Shown here: positions 27,348-34,732 of the stretch, piece by piece | How the letters are laid out: each line of letters begins with the position of its first letter | Numbering within the stretch: position 1 is the stretch's first letter | Source: Escherichia phage kvi | Sequence record: MN850615.1 | Length of the DNA stretch: 64,000 nt | Strand: one strand, 5' to 3' | Translations under genes and position numbers: made by a program | The notes under the pieces: model-generated | What the model was told of the DNA's origin: nothing | The model's database searches: none | What the model saw: the letters and a program-made list of their open reading frames with translations, nothing else

Positions 27348-27381
27348 TTTTGATTCTCCTATATCTCGTTGGTATGTGTGC

Positions 27382-27410
27382 ATTATAGGGGATCGGTGAT
27401 CCCCTGTCAA
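27382..27410 (-). promoter_or_regulatory. Early promoter with palindromic spacer
   Basis: TTGACA-GGGGATCACCGATCCCC-TATAAT. Confidence 0.65.
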
Positions 27411-27415
27411 CAACT

Positions 27416-27709
27416 TTATAATGCTTTATATGCGTATTTCATAAATTTGTCTGCCACTTCATTGGCATGTTCAGATTCTACGCCTGATTCGAGAACAATA
27501 GCTAGGTCGGTTTCGTCATTCCCGCCGTACCAATGATTTGATGTTCGATTTTTTTCAATTGGAAATTGGTCACTTTTATCTGTGCGACAAAATACATCTA
27601 AATGCTCGTCGATGTAAAAGATCCAATCTTCATAAAGAATAACGGTATTAGAAAGATTTTTATTGCCTTCAACGAAAGGTTCGGCTACAAACAAATTAGT
27701 ATGTTCCAT
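27416..27709 (-). CDS. HxHW-family-like small protein
   Basis: 97 aa from ATG 27709; YIDEHLD..NHWYGG..LAIVLESGV; GAGGA SD. Confidence 0.45.
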   Translation of the reverse strand: MEHTNLFVAEPFVEGNKNLSNTVILYEDWIFYIDEHLDVFCRTDKSDQFPIEKNRTSNHWYGGNDETDLAIVLESGVESEHANEVADKFMKYAYKAL

Positions 27710-27725
27710 AGTATTTTCCTCAAAA

Positions 27726-27917
27726 TTATACAGCTTCGTAAACTTCCCAATGTCCAACACCAGCACGCTTAACGAAAAGGTTTTCTTTGATGTTATTCAT
27801 AAACGTCTGGATGGATTTAATGCGATTTGAAGGTTTCCAGTCTTCGTTGGCATTGCGTCGATACATCATAACATTACCAGTTCGCTTATATTCAGCAACC
27901 ATTTTAAGACCACACAT
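27726..27917 (-). CDS. Hypothetical protein
   Basis: 63 aa; GAGGA SD. Confidence 0.45.
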   Translation of the reverse strand: MCGLKMVAEYKRTGNVMMYRRNANEDWKPSNRIKSIQTFMNNIKENLFVKRAGVGHWEVYEAV

Positions 27918-27966
27918 AATATTATCCTCAATTTGTGGGAGAGTATTACCCCTCCCAATGATTGTT

Positions 27967-27995
27967 ATGTTATATCACACAAAATGGCGTGTCAA
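27967..27995 (-). promoter_or_regulatory. Putative early promoter (TTGACA-17-TAACAT)
   Basis: -35 lies within the 3' end of the upstream gene. Confidence 0.4.
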
Positions 27996-28295
27996 TGCTT
28001 CTTTTGCGGTTCCGCTAAGACTTTCGATCTCGCCTGGCATAACATCAACCGCCAGAACTTCTACAACATCCTCGGACCCTAACCAGTGAGTATGACCTTT
28101 GTAGAACTTAATAACCAGACTACCTTCCTCGTCCCATTTAACGCTATCGCTAGCCCACCACACATCACCGTCGATAAAGTTGATGTAAAGCACACTACGC
28201 CACATTGAATTAATTACTTTCAATACTGCGCCTTTCATCTCTTCCACGGTATGGTCTTCCATTTTGAAGACCTCACCTACCTGAACTTTTGCCAT
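27975..28295 (-). CDS. HxHW-family small protein
   Basis: 106 aa; GHTHWLGSEDVVEVLAVDV; GAGGTG SD. Confidence 0.5.
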   Translation of the reverse strand: MAKVQVGEVFKMEDHTVEEMKGAVLKVINSMWRSVLYINFIDGDVWWASDSVKWDEEGSLVIKFYKGHTHWLGSEDVVEVLAVDVMPGEIESLSGTAKEALTRHFV

Positions 28296-28312
28296 TTAGT
28301 CACCTCTCTTTA

Positions 28313-28492
28313 TTACATAACAATCACGCCAGCCGTTGAAAGTTGATGTTTCAACTGAGCATTTTCTGCTACCGTCAAATCAATGATTTCTTGTGACGCT
28401 GCAATCATATAGCCATTGGTGATATTGTTTTGCATCAGTTCAATGGTTTCTTCGTTGTAGCGGATTTTAGCGATGATTTCGTTGAAGTTCAT
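28313..28492 (-). CDS. Hypothetical small protein (59 aa)
   Basis: True ATG at 28492; track ORF is extended upstream through the promoter palindrome. Confidence 0.45.
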   Translation of the reverse strand: MNFNEIIAKIRYNEETIELMQNNITNGYMIAASQEIIDLTVAENAQLKHQLSTAGVIVM

Positions 28493-28526
28493 AATTGATT
28501 CTCCTAGTTCGTTTCGGTATGTGTGT

Positions 28527-28555
28527 AGTATAGGGGATCGGTGATCCCCTGTCAA
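28527..28555 (-). promoter_or_regulatory. Early promoter with palindromic spacer
   Basis: TTGACA-GGGGATCACCGATCCCC-TATACT. Confidence 0.6.
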
Positions 28556-28563
28556 CAACTTTT

Positions 28564-28875
28564 TTAAAGTTTTTCCATGATAACGGTCATAATTACATCT
28601 TCTGCGCGAGTGGTTAGATTATCAGCGTCAGCATGTGGGCGGTTGGTTGTTACAGAGATAACACCGTTGCGCACTGGTTTGATGTTGATATCAAGATGAT
28701 CCGCGAAACGTTCGCCAGTTACAGAATGAATTTTGGTGTTAAATTCTTTTGCCAGTGCCTTGCGAACTTCACGAATCAGGGTAGCGTTTTTCAGTTGGTT
28801 CTCCGCGCTCATGGTCTTCTGGGTGTTCATGGTTCCGTCGAAGTCAATCATTGGCAGCGTTACGATGTATTTCAT
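28564..28875 (-). CDS. Hypothetical protein (AKEFN family)
   Basis: 103 aa from ATG 28875; LIREVRKALAKEFN. Confidence 0.5.
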   Translation of the reverse strand: MKYIVTLPMIDFDGTMNTQKTMSAENQLKNATLIREVRKALAKEFNTKIHSVTGERFADHLDINIKPVRNGVISVTTNRPHADADNLTTRAEDVIMTVIMEKL

Positions 28876-28920
28876 TTTTGATTCTCCGTTTAAGAAAGTG
28901 TGTTTCGTTTTGATGTGTGT

Positions 28921-28949
28921 AGTATAGGGGATCACCGATCCCCTGTCAA
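28921..28949 (-). promoter_or_regulatory. Early promoter with palindromic spacer
   Basis: TTGACA-GGGGATCGGTGATCCCC-TATACT (loop inverted relative to 28527 copy). Confidence 0.6.
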
Positions 28950-28961
28950 CAACTTTTTGAA

Positions 28962-29438
28962 TTATTTTTCTTGATGCTCGCGATCGTACTTTTCGAAATA
29001 AAATTCTACTGGCTGGTCGTGGATTGACAGCAAGCCAAAGCGTTTAGCCGCTCGCAATCCCATATTGCGCTGAATGTACTTCTGGAAGTTCTCGCGTATA
29101 CACTTACGCCAGGATTCTAAGCCCATGCAGCTTTTATAAAGATTGCATTGCACACATGCCGGATTCATGTTATCAAGTATATCATGCTCCGGTTTATGCA
29201 TTCCTACAACCTTATACTTCCACGATCCATCATCATTACGGGCAATTCGTCCATTTTCATCATAGACAACCTTTGAGCGTCGTAATACTGGTTTGATATG
29301 GTCTGCGTGCCAGCGATCCCCTAGTTCCTCGCCACAATAGGCACAACGTCCACCGTATTTCATTTTCAGGATCTGACGTTGCTCTTTCTTTGACAATTTT
29401 TTAGGTTTAGGGGCTTTCGCCCCTTCATTATCACACAT
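28962..29438 (-). CDS. HNH endonuclease
   Basis: 158 aa; CAYCGE..WHADHIKPV..NMNPACVQCN; start overlaps ligase stop by 8 nt. Confidence 0.8.
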   Translation of the reverse strand: MCDNEGAKAPKPKKLSKKEQRQILKMKYGGRCAYCGEELGDRWHADHIKPVLRRSKVVYDENGRIARNDDGSWKYKVVGMHKPEHDILDNMNPACVQCNLYKSCMGLESWRKCIRENFQKYIQRNMGLRAAKRFGLLSIHDQPVEFYFEKYDREHQEK

Positions 29439-30927
29439 CGAATACCTCTTTTACTGTATTTGCAGCGGTCTTGTCGTAGCGAATACGTTTGATGATCGGG
29501 AGAAATAAAGAGAACTCCGGTTCATCTTCTTTACGTGATTTGCTGCGAATGTACCCGTTGCATGTCATCTCGATGACTTTTCCAATCAGGTTATGACGGT
29601 CAGCCCATAACATTTCTCGGTCAAGTTCATTTCGACGATCGAACGGAATTACACGTTCGATACCATCATCACCTTTTTCGGTTGTAGTGTCGGTTAATCC
29701 CGATCCGGTGTTAGTCATCATTCGTCCACACGCACTACGGACAGTAAAACCGCCTACCTTATTGGGGTCTTTACTATGCGGATATACATCAACAATTTCC
29801 GCGTCGAAGTCAATCACTTCTTTAAATTTAACCTGATCTTTACTACGGCGATCTTCAAATACACCATGTAAATTTTTAAGGATAATACCTTCTAAGCCCA
29901 TGTTGACATAACGATGATATACTTCGCGAGCTTCATCGATATTGTTAACTACAGTGTTTTCGATGATCTGAACACGAGGATCGTTAAGTTCTTCAACAAT
30001 CTGTTTTAGTTCTTCAAATCGATCTTTATATTGCTTCGTTGCTTTCTCGTTTCCGTAGTACACATCACGGTCGATAACATCCCAGACAGTGTAAACAATA
30101 CATTGGGCTTCTTCTTTTGGAATAGTTCCTTTCAGTGATTTGTTGAGGATACCATTTCCGGTCTGACGGTCTGCAACAACGGATTCTTTCACTGCTTCCG
30201 CTACTGGCGTTAATGGCATTTCCTCTTCTTCAAATATCCATGACAGAGTACCATCATAAACGCTCTCAACGAAGTTCTGCGCTGGTGTTTGCGAAAGGGT
30301 AGGCATATATACCAATTCACCATCTAGAACAATTCCACGGCCTCGTAGACGCTCTAAAACCGCAAACAAATCATCAAGTCCTTGATAGGTATTACCTGAG
30401 CGGGTATAGATTGCTAATGTTTCCCCGTCAATATCAGCCATACCACGAGCGCCATCGCTTTTAAGTTGTGCATACGCCGGATACTTGATATTAGCAATAG
30501 TCTTATCAGAACATGACGATGCAAGGTGACACGGTTGCTGGGGGATCAGTTTCTTCCATACCTTGTTTGCAGTGGTAGCGGAACAACCACATTCCAGATC
30601 ACGATTCAGGACCATCATTGCAACTTTAGCATCATCTTCTGACAAGCAAGTCAGAGTATCGGTAACTAGCTGTAATGCTGCGTTACCAGTTACTTGACGC
30701 GTGGCAAGTTTATTTTTAAAGACCTGTAATGCACCGGATAAAGACAATACAGACGAATAGCGAGATGGTTTATCGTATTTCTTTACGCCAAACGTAACCT
30801 GTTTGCAATATGCCAGATAAAAGCATTCTTTCAGTGTTTCATTGCTTGCAGATTCTTTCAGGATCTTTTCTTTCAGCGATGTTTTGTCGGTCGCTGCAAG
30901 CTGGTTAATGATATTAAGAATTGACAT
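29431..30927 (-). CDS. 30: ATP-dependent DNA ligase gp30
   Basis: 498 aa from ATG 30927; KVW..LIPQQP..LASS, AQLKSDGAR (KxDG), LDGELVY, EGIILKN, KFKEVID as in T4 ligase. Confidence 0.9.
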   Translation of the reverse strand: MSILNIINQLAATDKTSLKEKILKESASNETLKECFYLAYCKQVTFGVKKYDKPSRYSSVLSLSGALQVFKNKLATRQVTGNAALQLVTDTLTCLSEDDAKVAMMVLNRDLECGCSATTANKVWKKLIPQQPCHLASSCSDKTIANIKYPAYAQLKSDGARGMADIDGETLAIYTRSGNTYQGLDDLFAVLERLRGRGIVLDGELVYMPTLSQTPAQNFVESVYDGTLSWIFEEEEMPLTPVAEAVKESVVADRQTGNGILNKSLKGTIPKEEAQCIVYTVWDVIDRDVYYGNEKATKQYKDRFEELKQIVEELNDPRVQIIENTVVNNIDEAREVYHRYVNMGLEGIILKNLHGVFEDRRSKDQVKFKEVIDFDAEIVDVYPHSKDPNKVGGFTVRSACGRMMTNTGSGLTDTTTEKGDDGIERVIPFDRRNELDREMLWADRHNLIGKVIEMTCNGYIRSKSRKEDEPEFSLFLPIIKRIRYDKTAANTVKEVFDV

Positions 30928-31393
30928 TTTCACCTCGTTTTGTTAAACGTTCACGAATATCATTGAGGATACTACAAAATTCCGATTCAGTCAATATAGT
31001 CTTTAACGGATCAGTTCCACCTATGCTATGACGCAATTTCTTATTTCCGGTAGCGAGTAATGCTTTACAAAATTCTGGGTTATTCCGTGCCATCGTAACA
31101 AATGCCAGATGTACCAGTCTGTAATAATGCTCACTCATTCGATGAATAGGGCGACCCTGAAAATATAACATGTGATTCTCAATCTTTTCAGTTCTTCCGG
31201 TTCTTTTTGCTTTGCCACCGTGCATCAAAAAGATTTCTCTTTGTCTCTGAGGGTTCTTAAATCTTAGCCCCTGTAAAAATCCTTCTGTGCTGTTAATATC
31301 GCAACCAAATAGACGGAATGGTCTTTTATTGAAATTACTCAATTCACCCGATGGATAAGGTCCACCCGCATAGATATCAATTTCAGAAGTCAT
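30914..31393 (-). CDS. NADAR (DUF1768)-like protein
   Basis: 159 aa; GGPYPSGELSNFNKRPF..EGFLQGLRF..EHYYRLVHLAF fits the NADAR/YbiA pattern. Confidence 0.55.
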   Translation of the reverse strand: MTSEIDIYAGGPYPSGELSNFNKRPFRLFGCDINSTEGFLQGLRFKNPQRQREIFLMHGGKAKRTGRTEKIENHMLYFQGRPIHRMSEHYYRLVHLAFVTMARNNPEFCKALLATGNKKLRHSIGGTDPLKTILTESEFCSILNDIRERLTKRGENVNS

Positions 31394-31547
31394 TGAAACT
31401 AATCTCGCTAATCAGAGAGAACGGATCATAATCGTCATTAGGAATATCGATAGTAATCGAATGAGGGTTTACCCATACACCAAACTGGTCTTCTTCGGTG
31501 AATACTTCGGTATGGATTTCGTGGATGTTTACATTCATAGTTTTCAT
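31383..31547 (-). CDS. Hypothetical small protein (54 aa)
   Basis: Not in track; AAGGA SD; 3' end overlaps NADAR start. Confidence 0.3.
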   Translation of the reverse strand: MKTMNVNIHEIHTEVFTEEDQFGVWVNPHSITIDIPNDDYDPFSLISEISFNDF

Positions 31548-31590
31548 AATAAAATTCCTTAATAATCAATAACTTACAAAATCATATAGC

Positions 31591-31618
31591 CAAAATATAG
31601 GCGGGATTATTACCCGCC
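31591..31618 (-). terminator. Terminator after gene 31
   Basis: GGCGGG-ATTATTA-CCCGCC with T-run on - strand. Confidence 0.5.
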
Positions 31619-31629
31619 GTTTAAAATCA

Positions 31630-31953
31630 TTAACCGTAAACTACCACAATATTCTGTTTGTGTGTTACAGTCCATTTCAGGTCGATCTCTTCTTCCTTCT
31701 TAACGCCGTTAATAACGTCTGGATGAGGAACTTTATTCATCTTGCCATGTGGCAGTAAAACAGTTTTACCCAGCAATTCTTTATCTACCGTTTCACCGAT
31801 ATCAATAATCTTACCTACCAGCGGAATCTCGCCCATAGTGCGCTTTTGCTCAATAATGATCCCCATAGAGCTTTTTACTTCTGTCCCTGCGCTTTCTGCT
31901 TTAGCTTCAATAATCACATAGTCACCAAGTGCTTTAGGAGTTTTAACGGTCAT
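31630..31953 (-). CDS. 31: gp31 co-chaperonin (GroES-like)
   Basis: 107 aa; GDYVIIEAKAESAG and NKVPHP loosely match recalled gp31; position. Confidence 0.8.
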   Translation of the reverse strand: MTVKTPKALGDYVIIEAKAESAGTEVKSSMGIIIEQKRTMGEIPLVGKIIDIGETVDKELLGKTVLLPHGKMNKVPHPDVINGVKKEEEIDLKWTVTHKQNIVVVYG

Positions 31954-31994
31954 AATTTTATTACCTCTTCAAATCAATACAGTTTAATGATGAA

Positions 31995-32309
31995 TTATTT
32001 ATAAATTTCGACGATCTGCGCTGGAGTCAGCCCGTCTACATTAATCAGACTATCAAGCCCAAAACTACGGAAACCTTCAACTGCAATTTCATATACTGGC
32101 AAAGATGTTTCTGATTCTTTACGCGGTTTTTCAACATTCGGAACTAACCACTTTTCGTATGTTTCAAACGGCATCAGTGCCGGATCTCGCGTGGCGATCA
32201 TCTCACGGACAGTACCATCTTTCTTAGTAAACTGCAAAGAGTGAGTACCGACCGAAAACATTTTCTTTAGTGCTTCACGAAGTGCGATATTATCAACTTG
32301 TTCAGTCAT
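31995..32309 (-). CDS. Hypothetical protein
   Basis: 104 aa from ATG 32309; position between 31 and cd. Confidence 0.5.
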   Translation of the reverse strand: MTEQVDNIALREALKKMFSVGTHSLQFTKKDGTVREMIATRDPALMPFETYEKWLVPNVEKPRKESETSLPVYEIAVEGFRSFGLDSLINVDGLTPAQIVEIYK

Positions 32310-32808
32310 TATCAATACCCTTCAAATCAGTCAATAATGCTTTTGGAATACGCGTGATTGTAATATCTGCATTATTCAGAATATCAGCCCAATCACGCCC
32401 ACCATTTCGATCATATGTGTCGCAATAGTATAGATGTTTAATACCACTGTTTGCAATTGCTTTAGCGCAATCTGGACACGGTGAAGCAGTACACCACATA
32501 CTAGCGCCTTCAATCGATACACCGCTACGGGCAGCAAACAAAATAGCATTTAATTCAGCGTGGATCTCGTTTTTCTGTGACCATGCACTATGCTCTGGTC
32601 GTTTTTCTGGGATCATTTTGCCGTCATCATCCAGCCAACCGTTTTTATGTGCATGACAGCTACAATTTACTTGCCCTGCTGGAGTTCCGTTAAATCCAGT
32701 AGAAATGATTCGCCCGTCTTTTTCAATTAGTGCGCCTACCTTCCACGAAACGCATTTAGAGTTCTTTGCGATTAGATAGGCGATCTGCATGTAAGTTTGT
32801 GACAACAT
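32302..32808 (-). CDS. cd: dCMP deaminase
   Basis: 168 aa; HAELNAI and PCPDCA zinc-binding motifs. Confidence 0.9.
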   Translation of the reverse strand: MLSQTYMQIAYLIAKNSKCVSWKVGALIEKDGRIISTGFNGTPAGQVNCSCHAHKNGWLDDDGKMIPEKRPEHSAWSQKNEIHAELNAILFAARSGVSIEGASMWCTASPCPDCAKAIANSGIKHLYYCDTYDRNGGRDWADILNNADITITRIPKALLTDLKGIDND

Positions 32809-32834
32809 AATATAATCCTCACATCACATATTAA

Positions 32835-33038
32835 TTAACCGTATACGCGAAAGTATTCTACTGATCCGTCGCTATACTGTTTTACATTGAATGTATTCAC
32901 ACCATGATTATTTCTCATGATGACATATACACTGCGACGTTCATCGCTAAACGGCATAACTGGCGCTGGTTCAATATCAACACTAAAACCACGTTTAGCA
33001 AGTGCTTCGCCTAATTGCTTGAGTTTATCGGTAAACAT
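32835..33038 (-). CDS. Hypothetical protein
   Basis: 67 aa between cd and pseT. Confidence 0.45.
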   Translation of the reverse strand: MFTDKLKQLGEALAKRGFSVDIEPAPVMPFSDERRSVYVIMRNNHGVNTFNVKQYSDGSVEYFRVYG

Positions 33039-33916
33039 TAAAAGTCTCCGTAGTTAACCTGAAAACATTCTACACCAATTGAGCGGTACATGTCAACCAC
33101 TTGATCACGGTCATCTACTGCCAACACAACATGATAACGCGGTGCAATTTCAGAGAAGAAGATCTCTTTCTTCACTTCATGATCAGGACGACGATCATTA
33201 GTTTCACGTTGAAAGTGATCGCTAGGTTCAATACCCTGTTCACGCAGCCATTGCAGAGTATCTTCTTCGCAAACATCCTCACGCCCTGAGCATGTAATGA
33301 TACGATAACCATTATCACGATACAGTTTAAGCATTTCGATCACTTGCGGACGCGGTTTATCTTCTTTGACCTTTGTCCAGTCAAACGGATGACGACCGCC
33401 CTTATCCGCTAATGTTCCATCAATATCAAAGATCACTGCCTTCGGCAGCATGGTATTCGGTTTGTATACTTCTTGACCCATATATTCCTGCATCAGATAA
33501 AATTGGTTGCGCAAATGAGAAAGTGGGATTGCTTTCTCTCCGCGATAGAAATTACGTTTCTTTAGTGTCTCAAATGATTCATTGAACACTTGTTCAGTAT
33601 ACACCGCGTTAAATTCTTTTGCAAGTTCTTTGTAGAATACACGATGTTTTTCTTTCAGGTTAGTATCAGAGATAATGATACTTAATCCGCGTGATAGAGT
33701 CTCACGAGCAATCATTCTCTGAATAGACTCTACCAGCTTTTCTTTTTCCTTAGTATACTTGTATTTCAAATGTGAGTCAACGCCAAACAACATAAGACGA
33801 AGATCATCGCGATTCACATTACGATAATTACTAAACCGTTTACATGTTTCCATAGCCCATGTAGTTTTACCGGACCCAGAACAACCAACGGTTAAAATCA
33901 CTTCACATTTCGGCAT
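33038..33916 (-). CDS. pseT: Polynucleotide 5'-kinase / 3'-phosphatase
   Basis: 292 aa from ATG 33916 (AAGGAG SD); Walker A GCSGSGKTT; DxDGT phosphatase motif. Confidence 0.85.
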   Translation of the reverse strand: MPKCEVILTVGCSGSGKTTWAMETCKRFSNYRNVNRDDLRLMLFGVDSHLKYKYTKEKEKLVESIQRMIARETLSRGLSIIISDTNLKEKHRVFYKELAKEFNAVYTEQVFNESFETLKKRNFYRGEKAIPLSHLRNQFYLMQEYMGQEVYKPNTMLPKAVIFDIDGTLADKGGRHPFDWTKVKEDKPRPQVIEMLKLYRDNGYRIITCSGREDVCEEDTLQWLREQGIEPSDHFQRETNDRRPDHEVKKEIFFSEIAPRYHVVLAVDDRDQVVDMYRSIGVECFQVNYGDF

Positions 33917-34368
33917 TATTTCTCCTTCGGTTTGCACCGTTCCTCATTAAGTTCTTTTCGATAATAACACATGATCAACTTACTTTCAAGTGTATATCTC
34001 TTAATATCCGCAAGCCAGACTCTGAATTTTTGGGAGTCCTCCCACGACATAGAAACTCTAGGTTTACCGTCTATTGTATCCACTTTCAGGTCAATGTCAA
34101 CTTTTTCTATTGGTGCTGGTAGTGGTGGATGTAATTTCGGTTCCTGTGAATAATGGTCCATTGTACACGAAGAAAGCGCAAATACAATAGGCACAGCGAA
34201 GACATGGATTATGGAGGTCTGAAAATTCTTATGTGCTTTCTTAAACATCCAGTGTATCACGAAAATTGAAAACACCATCAGGATAATAATGCTTGCACCT
34301 ATCCCCAGATAATCAACCAGATTAAAATTGCTTATCTGCTCTTGTGTAGGCAATATTTCTATGCTCAT
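33916..34368 (-). CDS. Putative o-spanin (lipoprotein) / membrane protein
   Basis: Lipobox-like ALSSC then Pro-rich HPPLPAP; start uncertain (34368 with AAGGAGG SD, or internal ATG 34248). Confidence 0.45.
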   Translation of the reverse strand: MSIEILPTQEQISNFNLVDYLGIGASIIILMVFSIFVIHWMFKKAHKNFQTSIIHVFAVPIVFALSSCTMDHYSQEPKLHPPLPAPIEKVDIDLKVDTIDGKPRVSMSWEDSQKFRVWLADIKRYTLESKLIMCYYRKELNEERCKPKEK

Positions 34369-34688
34369 TTAGTAGCCTCCTTTAATTCTTCGGTAAACTC
34401 CTTAAATGAATCATTAAGCTGTTTCTCTACCAACTTTGGTTTTTGTGCTACTACATAGCCTCGTGTAGCGTCTTTCATTGCTTTGTTTTGTTCTTCTGCA
34501 AACTTAGTTCTTATTCCGTACATCTCCTTTTGTAGTGAGTCTACGACCTTCATCTTTTCATCTGTCTTTTTCTTATATTCTGTAAATTCCTGATTCAGCC
34601 GATCTACCTCCTTTTTATTTTCCCACCACATATTGCCACCTACCCCCAGCAATACAGATATGATAACAATGTATATCAGCTTTGACAT
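34365..34688 (-). CDS. Putative i-spanin
   Basis: 107 aa from ATG 34688; N-terminal TM helix then charged coiled-coil; position beside pseT as in T4. Confidence 0.5.
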   Translation of the reverse strand: MSKLIYIVIISVLLGVGGNMWWENKKEVDRLNQEFTEYKKKTDEKMKVVDSLQKEMYGIRTKFAEEQNKAMKDATRGYVVAQKPKLVEKQLNDSFKEFTEELKEATK

Positions 34689-34701
34689 ATTACCCCCAAC
34701 G

Positions 34702-34726
34702 ACAAAAGGCGGGGAACTAGCCCCGC
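34702..34726 (-). terminator. Terminator after rnlA
   Basis: GCGGGG-AACTAG-CCCCGC with T-run on - strand. Confidence 0.5.
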
Positions 34727-34732
34727 TTATTA

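Noticed and set aside
28313-28558. N-terminal extensions such as MLTGDHRSPI on several track ORFs (also 27180..27413, 28564..28935, 24939..25346)
   Set aside because: These residues are the translation of the promoter palindrome and leader through a non-ATG start; the real ATG with an SD lies downstream, so the extensions are not coding.
21491-28949. Possible CRISPR array, because a GGGGATC..GATCCCC palindrome recurs
   Set aside because: Copies are 240-1100 bp apart, not regularly spaced, each sits between a -35 and -10 hexamer, and protein-coding ORFs lie between them.
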